Source: a virus
Taxonomy: Duplodnaviria; Heunggongvirae; Uroviricota; Caudoviricetes
Length of the DNA: 64,000 nt
Virus record (IMG/VR): IMGVR_UViG_3300022661_000054
Direction: 5' to 3' (one strand)
Shown here: piece by piece, positions 45,773 to 54,615 of the stretch
Position numbering within the stretch: the first letter of the stretch is position 1
Layout: the number at the start of each line of letters is the position of its first letter
Position numbers and translations under genes: made by a program
The notes under the pieces: generated by a model
The model's input: only the letters and a program-made list of their open reading frames with translations
Database searches by the model: none
Told to the model about the DNA's origin: nothing

Positions 45773-46930
45773 TTATACGTCTTTTATAGCATCTCGTATT
45801 TGAGTTAGAACATCATCATCAAATTTACTTGAGTCCAAAGTTTTAACTACTTTATTCCAAGCATCTTTATATTCTTGCGAATTTGCCTTTTTCTTTATAT
45901 TAAATTTTTGTGGATTATAGTTAATATTATCACCCATATTTTTTAAAACGTCAGAAGCCAACATTTTATCTTCAGGCGTGTACAATGAGCAAATAACTTC
46001 GCCTGTTTTTGGGTGCGTTATATCAAAAACTTCTTGCGGATCTGTTAAAGAAATTTCTTTAACGATGTCTAAAAGTTCTTGCTTTTCTGCATCTGACTCC
46101 ATGTCTTTTAAAGCTTCATAGACAGTGATAACTAGCTTTTTATAGATATCAGCATAGTTGTTAAAAGCCTTTGATTTAATAAATATGTCCATAGGTGCAC
46201 GAATGCCAGAAGGACGCATAAAGTCGCTATATCTAGTAATAAGCTCGGCACCTTCCATTTTCATCATATCAACTTCATTATAAGTACCATCTTTAATTGG
46301 TTTCCAATTTGGGTCACTTCTGATCTCACTATTGATTTTAATTAATTCTTTAGACAGTTCATCATACATAGCCTCAAGAGTCATGTTTGCCCAATTGCCT
46401 CTATGGTCTTCAGTCACTAATCCACCAATAACTTTACCATTTAGTTGCATAGCACGTACGATTTTTTTATCTGTAGAAGTATATCTTTTATTAGATATTT
46501 CAAAGTCCTCGATGCAGTTTAAAATCCTATGAAGACTTGAACTATAACGAATATGTTCATAGGCTTCATCAGGGTCATTTGCATGAAGCTTCTTAAAAAC
46601 ATACATCAATCTAATTTGATGCATCATTAAGTTATGAGCTAGCTCATGACGTAATAATACATCTAATTGATTAAAAATGCCTTGACCGCTACCTAAAAAG
46701 CCATCACTAATAAACACAGTTGCTTCATCAAAAGAAATAGCAGCTGTAAAGTCAGGATGCTTTTTAGAATCAATAATATTAAAGTCCAATTTCCAAAATC
46801 GCTCTGCATACTTTCTATGACCTTTATCTATTAAAAGCTGACAGAGAGCTTTTTTTGTGCGGCGCTCTCTGTCAGTCATAAAGTGTCTTGTAATTGCAGA
46901 AGATTCTAACAATGCTTTATTTATGTGCAT
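45773..46930 (-). CDS. HExxH metallopeptidase-like protein (DUF2201_N-like)
   Basis: FTAAIS, LRHELAHNL, NCIEDFEIS. Confidence 0.75.
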   Translation of the reverse strand: MHINKALLESSAITRHFMTDRERRTKKALCQLLIDKGHRKYAERFWKLDFNIIDSKKHPDFTAAISFDEATVFISDGFLGSGQGIFNQLDVLLRHELAHNLMMHQIRLMYVFKKLHANDPDEAYEHIRYSSSLHRILNCIEDFEISNKRYTSTDKKIVRAMQLNGKVIGGLVTEDHRGNWANMTLEAMYDELSKELIKINSEIRSDPNWKPIKDGTYNEVDMMKMEGAELITRYSDFMRPSGIRAPMDIFIKSKAFNNYADIYKKLVITVYEALKDMESDAEKQELLDIVKEISLTDPQEVFDITHPKTGEVICSLYTPEDKMLASDVLKNMGDNINYNPQKFNIKKKANSQEYKDAWNKVVKTLDSSKFDDDVLTQIRDAIKDV

Positions 46931-46960
46931 GCTATATTCTCCTTTAAACAGAGTGTTGAA

Positions 46961-48448
46961 TTATAGTGAGAAGTCAAAACTCTTAATACGATTTAAAGCA
47001 TCTGAAGCGCTAACTTTTGCTGAACTGCCCGCAGCGGAAGCAGTCGAGCCGAATAAGTCAGAGTCAGTTTCTTCACCGGCATCACCAAATACACTATCAA
47101 AATCACTATCATCTATATTAGAGTTAGACTGTTGAGCAGTATTATTTGCAGCAGGAGCTGCTTTAGTAGGCTCTGAGCCATCAGGTAATGCAACATCAAG
47201 TTCTACCCAAGGATCTAGTATTTCATGAATCATCTCTTTATCCTTATCTAAGAACTTTGAGTACTTATCAACCCAATTTAAGAACTTATCTTTATTATAA
47301 CCATGTGACATGAGAGCATCTGTAATAGCACGTTGGTTTAGCATTTTAGCCTTATCATTAAATAGATCAAGTAAGTCATCACGGCTATCAAACTCAAAAC
47401 GTGGGTCGTTAATTAACGCATTAGCTAAATTCATAATTTTATTATAGCGAATATAGAAGAAGTTATAATTTTCATCTTTAGGATCTAATGCTTCTAATAG
47501 TTTATTTAAATGGAAAACAATATATCTGATTGCATCGTCAGGCTTTGAGTCCCAATCCATAGTATCTACAAAACGTGACATTTCAGCATCATTTAAATCC
47601 ATAGCACCAGGGTCTGTTGGAACCGATGGGTTTATACATGCAACGGTAAAAAGTAAATTTTTGAATTCTCTCGTACCGTCTTTATTAGGACCCTCAACAG
47701 TATGCTCATTAATAAGTGTAAGAAGTGACGCACGAAGCTTTGGAGCTGCACGGTTAAACTCATCTAAGAATAGAACAGAATTTGGTTCTTCTAATCCATC
47801 AAGAGCAGTAGAGAATGAACGTTTTACTTTATGAACCTCATTACCATCTGCATCTGTTTCAACAGAATCAACAGGGAAGCCATTTAGAATTGCTCCAAGA
47901 TCATCGTTCTTAGCGTTTAGATAGAAAAGATTTACACCTCTATCCTTTGCCCATTGCTTAGTAATACCAGTCTTACCAGAACCAGGCAATCCACATACTA
48001 GCAAGTCGACACCGTCTTTAGCCCCAGATGCATGTGCAGCCATAGCGTTAGCTAGGCAGTCATCTAGTTTGTCAGTTAATTCACTCGGTACATCAAGCGG
48101 TGCCCAAGCTGTAACGTCTAGTCCTTTTGCATGTGTTTTAATTTCTTTTGCAATAGTTTCTGCTTTTTCGTCTGAGTAGGTCTCCTTACCATCAGAAGCA
48201 GCTTCTGCAGCATCTTGAACAACATCTGCAATTTCATCGACAGAAGCTGTTGATACATCATCAATAGTTAAGTCATCTACAGTGGAGTCTTCCGCAGTCA
48301 TTTCATCCTCAGTAAGCTCAGCAGCCTCAGCTATTTTCTCTAATTCTTCAACTGCTTTAGCAGTGCTTTCTACCAACTTTTGTTTAAGTATTCTCATTAG
48401 TATTACCTCCTTATTAATCTCTACGCATCCAAGTGTGAAGTTCATCAA
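46961..48448 (-). CDS. MoxR-type AAA+ ATPase (likely start ATG 48397)
   Basis: GLPGSGKT, LFLDEFNRA, ACINP, SRF arginine finger; GGAGG RBS before 48397. Confidence 0.85.
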   Translation of the reverse strand: MMNFTLGCVEINKEVILMRILKQKLVESTAKAVEELEKIAEAAELTEDEMTAEDSTVDDLTIDDVSTASVDEIADVVQDAAEAASDGKETYSDEKAETIAKEIKTHAKGLDVTAWAPLDVPSELTDKLDDCLANAMAAHASGAKDGVDLLVCGLPGSGKTGITKQWAKDRGVNLFYLNAKNDDLGAILNGFPVDSVETDADGNEVHKVKRSFSTALDGLEEPNSVLFLDEFNRAAPKLRASLLTLINEHTVEGPNKDGTREFKNLLFTVACINPSVPTDPGAMDLNDAEMSRFVDTMDWDSKPDDAIRYIVFHLNKLLEALDPKDENYNFFYIRYNKIMNLANALINDPRFEFDSRDDLLDLFNDKAKMLNQRAITDALMSHGYNKDKFLNWVDKYSKFLDKDKEMIHEILDPWVELDVALPDGSEPTKAAPAANNTAQQSNSNIDDSDFDSVFGDAGEETDSDLFGSTASAAGSSAKVSASDALNRIKSFDFSL

Positions 48449-49466
48449 GTTCTTCTTTGCTGTAGCCTTCAGTTGCTTTTTCCCAGCTTACAGCGCGTTC
48501 TACAGCTTCTTCAATATCTTCAAAAGATTCATTTAATGTGGCGGCCTTAATAACACATGGACCGAACTCAGTTCCAACCATAAAGTATCCGCCAGTCTGA
48601 TTACCATTTTCATCTGTTTGAATTTTATCAGCTTTATTTTTAACGACCTGTAAACCAGATACATTCACAGGAATAGCATTAGCATTAATAATAGCATCTA
48701 AAAATGCTTGTGCGTCATTCGGGTCATCGAAGAAACATGTACAGTCGGTATAACCATTACCACTACTGATACAAACTTTATTAGTATTACCAACAATATA
48801 TTTAGGATTAGTGGCTAAAGGTTTTACATGTACTATTGCTGCATTTTTAGAATTATCTAATTTACCTTTAATATAGTAAATCCACTCAGTGTCCGCCTGA
48901 AGTCTGGTACCGGCAGTTCCAGGATTTCCAGGAAGATCAATAAGGTCTCTAACTTTGCTGAGCTGCGAACCAGATTGTTTATAGCCATTTTTAGGTGCCT
49001 GACCTGAAATTCTCGCAGAAGCTGCCCTAGGAGCTCTATTTGATATAGCTGAAATATATCTACCGTATTTATAAACAGCATCACCTAACAATGTCTTTTT
49101 AAACTCATCTATCTCATATGGTGTTCTAACAGTGTCATCCCAGTAGAGTTGTAACGCATCAGCTAACCAAACAATAGCTTTTGCAACTACTTCTGGTTTA
49201 AATGATTTATTTTTGCCGCTACCGTCATAATTTACTCTATAGTAATAACGAGACATTTCTCTAAGCTGATTATCTAGATCTGCAAAATCTCTATTTACTA
49301 ACTCATTACAGATCTCTTGAGCGGCAGTAACATAGCTTGGACGTGAAAAAGTACCTGGTGTATTAGTTCGTAGGTTTTTTTGATTTATACCGCCGGCAAC
49401 AGTAATATCATGCATAAGTGATTTTGCTGCTTGTTCTGCCTCTGGCGTAGTAAAAATACGAGCCAT
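48414..49466 (-). CDS. Hypothetical late protein
   Basis: AAGGAG RBS; first gene after late motif; C-terminal LNES. Confidence 0.7.
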   Translation of the reverse strand: MARIFTTPEAEQAAKSLMHDITVAGGINQKNLRTNTPGTFSRPSYVTAAQEICNELVNRDFADLDNQLREMSRYYYRVNYDGSGKNKSFKPEVVAKAIVWLADALQLYWDDTVRTPYEIDEFKKTLLGDAVYKYGRYISAISNRAPRAASARISGQAPKNGYKQSGSQLSKVRDLIDLPGNPGTAGTRLQADTEWIYYIKGKLDNSKNAAIVHVKPLATNPKYIVGNTNKVCISSGNGYTDCTCFFDDPNDAQAFLDAIINANAIPVNVSGLQVVKNKADKIQTDENGNQTGGYFMVGTEFGPCVIKAATLNESFEDIEEAVERAVSWEKATEGYSKEELDELHTWMRRD

Positions 49467-49505
49467 ATTAACTCTCCTTTATTTTAATAATATTTTTAAA
49501 TCAAT

Positions 49506-49517
49506 TAATTTAGCAAA
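49506..49517 (-). promoter_or_regulatory. Putative late promoter TTTGCTAAATTA
   Basis: Motif copy. Confidence 0.7.
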
Positions 49518-49543
49518 TTAAAATGTTAACCATGTTTCATTTG

Positions 49544-51397
49544 CTAATCAATACTAATAATACCTCTACATTTTGGAAATGTGGAGCACCCATAAAACAA
49601 CTTTCCGAATCTGCTTCGTCTAACTATCATTGGCTCACCACAATTTGGACAAGTTTTTTCAGGCATCTCTGGTGCTATGCCAGTTTCATTAGTATCTTTA
49701 ATAACTCCTTGTAAATTTTTATAGAAGATTTCCATATAGTCCAGCATAGCAACTTTACCAGCTGCAATTTTGTCTAACCGTTCTTCCATTTCTTTTGTAT
49801 AGTTTACATTAACCAACGTTGGGAAAGATCGATCACAATAATCTGCTAGTTGAAGGCCTCTGTCGGTTGGAACTATGTGTTTTTCTTCCAGTTTGGCATA
49901 TCCGCGTGATGGACTTAGGATAGTTTCTACTATACTAGCATAAGTAGACGGTCTCCCAATCTCTCTCGCTTGAAGTTCTTTAACCAAACTTGCTTCTGTA
50001 AATCGTGCTTTTGGTTGAGTAAATTTTTGTATAGTTTCTAATTCAGTATCTTGTAATACTTCACCTACAATAAACGATTCTGGACAACCAAAAATTTGAT
50101 TATCTTCAAATTCATAAGCTGCTTTATATCCAGTATCCAATAACTCCTTAGAACTTAAACTAAACTTATGATCATTATTATTTATTGTATAAACAGTTTC
50201 TGCTATGGTAGCAGCAGGCATTACAGAAGCAATAGTACGTTGCCAAATTAATTTATATACTTTTGTAAGAAGTGGATTATTTATATGTGTGGACAGTATT
50301 TCAGGTGTCATATTAGGGTCTACCACCCTTAGCGCTTCGTGTCCGTCTTGGTCTGTAGACTTCTTTTTACTCTTTCTAGGACCAACGTATTTTTTACTAC
50401 CATAAGTGCTTTCTATAAAAGTTTTAAGTTCTGGTAAAAATTCAGCTGTAATCTCTGTTGAATCTGTCCTCATGTATGTAATTAGCCCGACGTGTTCTCC
50501 ATTTACTTTAATACCTTCAAAAAGTTTTTGAGCACAGCTCATTGCATCTTTAACTCTTAAACCAAGTCTGGTAGCAGCTTCTTGCTGAAAAGTTGCGGTA
50601 CAAAAAGGTTGTTTTGGAGATTCCTTGTGTTTAGTTGTTGCTGTATTTTCTACAGTATATAGAGAATTTTTACAATCAGCCACCACGGCGTCTACATCAG
50701 TCTGCTTATTAAATTTATTAATAATTTCTTGTTTATATCCGGAGTATTTTGCTTTAAATGCATTACCACATTTAGTAAAATTTAGATATAGGTTAAAATA
50801 TATTTCAGGAATAAATTCACTTATTTCCTTTTCGCGTTCTGATACTAGTTTAAGTCCGACAGACTGACAACGGCCCACCGACTTTGCACCAATATACTTT
50901 TTTACAATTGGTGAAAGCGAGTAGCCAATAAGTTTATCTGTCATTATTCTAGCTAATCCTGCATCTACTAAGTTATTATCAAAAGGCACAGGATTTTCTA
51001 TTGCACTGACAACAGCTTTTGGTGTAATTTCGTGCATTACAACCCTAAAAGTTTTTTCTATTGGTAAGTTGCAAAATTTTACTAGACTCCAAGAAATTAT
51101 TTCTCCTTCTCTATCATTGTCAGATGCAACATAAATTCTATCTACAGAAGTAGCTTTAGTAGCAATCTCATCTACTATTTTTTTCTTGTCGTCGGCAACA
51201 ACTAAATTCATATTAAAGTTCTTTTTTGGGTAAATGCCTGAGTTGTATGCGGGACCACCGTCTGCTAGCTTCATAATATGTCCAACTGAAGCCATCACTA
51301 CTGCTTTTGTATATCCAGCTCTCTTCAGAATTCCTGATATAGTTTTTAATTTATTTGGCGACTCAACAATTACTAATATTTTATCTGTTTTATTCAC
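49544..51397 (-). CDS. topA: DNA topoisomerase I (type IA)
   Basis: VESPNK, DNDREGE (TOPRIM), SVGRCQS, catalytic GLITYMRTDS, IGRPSTY, one C-terminal zinc ribbon. Confidence 0.95.
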   Translation of the reverse strand: MNKTDKILVIVESPNKLKTISGILKRAGYTKAVVMASVGHIMKLADGGPAYNSGIYPKKNFNMNLVVADDKKKIVDEIATKATSVDRIYVASDNDREGEIISWSLVKFCNLPIEKTFRVVMHEITPKAVVSAIENPVPFDNNLVDAGLARIMTDKLIGYSLSPIVKKYIGAKSVGRCQSVGLKLVSEREKEISEFIPEIYFNLYLNFTKCGNAFKAKYSGYKQEIINKFNKQTDVDAVVADCKNSLYTVENTATTKHKESPKQPFCTATFQQEAATRLGLRVKDAMSCAQKLFEGIKVNGEHVGLITYMRTDSTEITAEFLPELKTFIESTYGSKKYVGPRKSKKKSTDQDGHEALRVVDPNMTPEILSTHINNPLLTKVYKLIWQRTIASVMPAATIAETVYTINNNDHKFSLSSKELLDTGYKAAYEFEDNQIFGCPESFIVGEVLQDTELETIQKFTQPKARFTEASLVKELQAREIGRPSTYASIVETILSPSRGYAKLEEKHIVPTDRGLQLADYCDRSFPTLVNVNYTKEMEERLDKIAAGKVAMLDYMEIFYKNLQGVIKDTNETGIAPEMPEKTCPNCGEPMIVRRSRFGKLFYGCSTFPKCRGIISID

Positions 51398-51551
51398 CTG
51401 TATATTGCTCCTTGTCTAAAGACTGTTCTAAAGACTTTTCGAGCAATTGTCGAATTAAAGCAGAAATACTTAATGAGCGTTTAAAGGCTTCTACCCGCAA
51501 GGCTTCTCTCAGCTCATCAGATATTTCTAGGCTTATCATCTTTTTTGCCAT
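51390..51551 (-). CDS. 53-aa ribbon-helix-helix protein (absent from ORF track)
   Basis: MAKKMISLEISDELREALRVEAFKRSLSISALIRQLLE...; GGAGG RBS; overlaps topA start. Confidence 0.8.
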   Translation of the reverse strand: MAKKMISLEISDELREALRVEAFKRSLSISALIRQLLEKSLEQSLDKEQYTGE

Positions 51552-51562
51552 AAAAACCTCCA

Positions 51563-52351
51563 TTATTTATGTGATTTTTTCTTTAGACTTTTTACATAGT
51601 TATTAAAGTCTCTTTTTTGTGCTGCTTTTTCAGCACGATTCATTCCAATAATTGCTTTATTTGCTGCTTTTTTAGCTTTTGCTCTTTTAGCTGTCTCTTC
51701 CTCATTTTCGATAACAGCAATACGACCATTAATAACACTTTCAGTAAACTTTAGATGCTGAAAAGCTGTAGCTGCCTCCTCGTCTGCTTCAATAGCACTA
51801 TTTAAACTTGCTAACTTGCGCGGCAAAAAAGTATCTTTGTAGAAAGGAATGATTTCAGTTAAGTCCGAGTCTTCAATTTTACCGTCTTCTTCTATGTCAG
51901 ACACAAGGCCTAGCTCATTTGGCAGTACTCCATCTAAAATTTGTGCTTGCTGATCAAATAAACTTGCTGCAATGCCGATAAGTTTATTATCTTCATACTT
52001 AAAATCTTCATTATAATAAACTACTGTGATTTCTTCAGGTCTACCAATAACAATTTCTTTGCCTGGCATTGACGCACAAGTTTCAATAGTAATTTTTAAG
52101 CCTTTTTTCTTTGTAATAATTGGATTAATAAAGGTTTTAATTTGGTCATTAAAACGCAGACAAAAAATACGCTTATTAATTCCAATTTGTGGTGCTGAAA
52201 GAGCTAGTAAGCTATTATCATTTTCCATGACAGCTTTAATTTTAGCAATAATATCAGTGCCTTCTTCAGTTTTAGCACCTTCTTCTGTTAGAAAGGTAAG
52301 CGGTTCAGCAGGTTGTGCTAACTTTTCTAAGTCAAAAATAATTGTTTCCAT
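51563..52351 (-). CDS. def: Peptide deformylase homologue lacking HExxH (probably inactive)
   Basis: LSAPQIG, FINP, ETCAS; QHExDHLxG replaced by DQQAQILDG; basic C-terminal helix. Confidence 0.8.
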   Translation of the reverse strand: METIIFDLEKLAQPAEPLTFLTEEGAKTEEGTDIIAKIKAVMENDNSLLALSAPQIGINKRIFCLRFNDQIKTFINPIITKKKGLKITIETCASMPGKEIVIGRPEEITVVYYNEDFKYEDNKLIGIAASLFDQQAQILDGVLPNELGLVSDIEEDGKIEDSDLTEIIPFYKDTFLPRKLASLNSAIEADEEAATAFQHLKFTESVINGRIAVIENEEETAKRAKAKKAANKAIIGMNRAEKAAQKRDFNNYVKSLKKKSHK

Positions 52352-52396
52352 AAATGTTCTCGCTTTCTATATTAAATTTAGCCAATGCTACTTTAT

Positions 52397-52404
52397 ATTA
52401 TACA
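52397..52404 (-). promoter_or_regulatory. TGTATAAT element (late-like GGCTAAATTT nearby at 52374-52383)
   Basis: Recurrent element, next to an AAATTAAT tandem repeat. Confidence 0.5.
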
Positions 52405-52452
52405 ACAAATTAATAAATTAATAAATTAATAATTTTAAAAAAGACGAGTTTA

Positions 52453-52818
52453 TTACTCGTCTTTTTTACTTAAAGCTCTTAAAGCTGCTTTAAAATGTAT
52501 AAGTGCATCAGAATTCTCTTCTTTAACGGAGTCAATATCTGCACCGAGCTTTTGCAACTCTTCTAAAATTTGATTATGCTGTTTTACATAGCCTATTTTC
52601 TTGGATTCCCTGTTCGGCATATCGAGAAGATACATAATATAAGCCAATCTATGGTAATTTGCCTCAAGACTTGCTACAGTATCGGTTGCTTCTTGCATTT
52701 GTTCTTCTGTAATAAGACCTTCTTTAAGAGCTTCTTCAAAATCAGCTAAATTTTGTTTTTCTTCTAGATACTGCGAAAGCATAGTATAGAAGTAGTGTCT
52801 TACATCTTTTACTGCCAT
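52453..52818 (-). CDS. Hypothetical helical protein
   Basis: AAGGAG RBS. Confidence 0.7.
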   Translation of the reverse strand: MAVKDVRHYFYTMLSQYLEEKQNLADFEEALKEGLITEEQMQEATDTVASLEANYHRLAYIMYLLDMPNRESKKIGYVKQHNQILEELQKLGADIDSVKEENSDALIHFKAALRALSKKDE

Positions 52819-52830
52819 AATATATTCTCC

Positions 52831-53190
52831 TTAAACATTTTCAAACCACTGCTGGATTGGCGGAAAATCTTTCCATGCCTCATAGTCAGTAATTTCTTCT
52901 ACTGTTTTAATGTCTTTTTTAAAGTCATTAATAAATTTATCAATTTCTCTACATATAACCGGCTCTTTGTAGTCTATCTTTTTATAGCTCACTGAAAAAT
53001 CATTTAATAATGTTTCAAGATCAGGGCAGATAGGACCGAATTTTAATATAGAGGTCTTTCCAAGGACGGTTTTAATTATAATATAATAATTATCTAATTG
53101 ATTATTTGTGCATCGCAGAGCAGTATTACCGATATCAACAACGTCAATAGATTCATTAAATGTTCTTTGTACTGAAAATTCAAAAATCAT
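52831..53190 (-). CDS. Hypothetical protein
   Basis: Operon packing. Confidence 0.7.
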   Translation of the reverse strand: MIFEFSVQRTFNESIDVVDIGNTALRCTNNQLDNYYIIIKTVLGKTSILKFGPICPDLETLLNDFSVSYKKIDYKEPVICREIDKFINDFKKDIKTVEEITDYEAWKDFPPIQQWFENV

Positions 53191-53197
53191 TTAGAAC

Positions 53198-53497
53198 TTA
53201 CACGCCTCCGATTTTTAAATAATATTCATCTTTATCGAAATCGGCGATTAAGAATAGTAGATACTTATTGTTATCTTCTTCTAACTCAAAATAGTTAGTT
53301 ACCTTAACCGTAGAATTACTGGTATTAGTGCCAAATGTAGGAAATTCAGTATTAATTGCATTTTTACTTAATTTTGTATAAATTTTAGCATACTCATCAC
53401 TATTTTCAAATTCAATTTTATAGAAGTGATTATCGTAATTACCTGTTTGTTCTATTTCAAGTCGATCCAAAATTCTTTGTATATTATTGTCCGCCAT
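53198..53497 (-). CDS. Hypothetical protein
   Basis: Operon packing; GAGGA RBS-like site. Confidence 0.7.
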   Translation of the reverse strand: MADNNIQRILDRLEIEQTGNYDNHFYKIEFENSDEYAKIYTKLSKNAINTEFPTFGTNTSNSTVKVTNYFELEEDNNKYLLFLIADFDKDEYYLKIGGV

Positions 53498-54047
53498 CCT
53501 CGTTCTCCTCTATAATTTCTTCTGATTCTACTGCAACAGCTTCAATAGCCTGCTTTGCTGTTAAATTGTCAAGAAGATTCATTACTGCTGATTTAACACG
53601 TTCTCTAGAATCTCTGCTAAGGTTGCTGGGTGATCCACCAATGTTAACTTCATTTGTTTGGTTGTTTACTTGAATAAGAGGCATTTCACCTGCACCTGAC
53701 ACCTGCTTTTGTCCTCGCTCAATAAGATCCTGAACGACTTTCAGACCGTCAAACAGTTCTTTGTTTGAGATTTCATCTGGCCGTGCAGTAAATCTAGTAA
53801 GTGCTTGATCCGTTATAGCGTCTAAAAGGTCACTTAGTTTATTAACTCTAACCATTGTTTTCTTATTTTGATTAGCGTTGAATAAATAGGTTAGGTCTTT
53901 AGCTTTTTGCTCATCTGTTTCAGAAATAATTTGCTCGATTAAAGCTAAAGATTCTTCATTTAAATTAGGCACTGTTAAGTCTGTAACTGTGTCAGCATTT
54001 TCGTCAGTCACAGGCAAATTAGTAAAATCTTTAGTTTCATCAATCAT
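53484..54047 (-). CDS. Hypothetical protein, possible terminase small subunit
   Basis: Helical core followed by IQVNNQTNEVNIGG beta segment, as in gp16-type TerS. Confidence 0.35.
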   Translation of the reverse strand: MIDETKDFTNLPVTDENADTVTDLTVPNLNEESLALIEQIISETDEQKAKDLTYLFNANQNKKTMVRVNKLSDLLDAITDQALTRFTARPDEISNKELFDGLKVVQDLIERGQKQVSGAGEMPLIQVNNQTNEVNIGGSPSNLSRDSRERVKSAVMNLLDNLTAKQAIEAVAVESEEIIEENEDGGQ

Positions 54048-54049
54048 TA

Positions 54050-54379
54050 TTAAATTACCTCTTCACAAATAGCTAATAGTTTATCTGCAAAAGCCTGTTC
54101 AAGTGCTAATTCCAGTGGGTTAATATCAGAATTTAACGCAGATTTAATAGAAGCTTTAAGGTTCTTACCTGGCACAAATTTACACTGCATATCGAGTAGA
54201 TTTACACTAAGAGAGCCTATACCGATATTAACTACTACCTGCTCCTCTCCTCTACGCTTTGCATCATTGATAATGCTACCTATACTTAAGCATGCTTTTT
54301 CTACTAATTCATTTGATACTTTTGTAGGTAGTCTAAGCAGAGTACCTACATCATTAATAATACTTACTTGTGTTGCCAT
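54050..54379 (-). CDS. HU/IHF-like DNA-binding protein with truncated arms
   Basis: Two helices, GEEQVVVNIGIGSLSV, then KFVPGKNLK (cf. HU FKPGKALK); no RNPxTG arm. Confidence 0.6.
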   Translation of the reverse strand: MATQVSIINDVGTLLRLPTKVSNELVEKACLSIGSIINDAKRRGEEQVVVNIGIGSLSVNLLDMQCKFVPGKNLKASIKSALNSDINPLELALEQAFADKLLAICEEVI

Positions 54380-54381
54380 AA

Positions 54382-54615
54382 CTAAATTTCCTTTCCGTCA
54401 CTATCTACTCGTTTTAAAATTTTCATTGGGTCTTGACCGTTTAAGTTCCAGATACTTTTTAAAATATCTTTTACATATACTTCATATGACTTATCTAGCT
54501 TATACTGAATACAGTGTGCCATTATTTCAATAGGTTTATACTTATTAGTAAAAATATCACGTATAAAGGATACACGTGTTTCAAACGTTCTTGCATCTCT
54601 GTTAAACTTTGCCAT
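54382..54615 (-). CDS. Small hypothetical protein
   Basis: GAAAGGA RBS for the next gene lies inside; operon packing. Confidence 0.6.
   Translation of the reverse strand: MAKFNRDARTFETRVSFIRDIFTNKYKPIEIMAHCIQYKLDKSYEVYVKDILKSIWNLNGQDPMKILKRVDSDGKEI

Noticed and set aside
6072-49084. Minus-strand ORFs nested out of frame in longer genes (6072-6404, 20679-20915, 40096-40287, 45107-45316, 45320-45514, 48857-49084)
   Set aside because: Fully overlap well-supported genes and lack RBS or recognisable motifs
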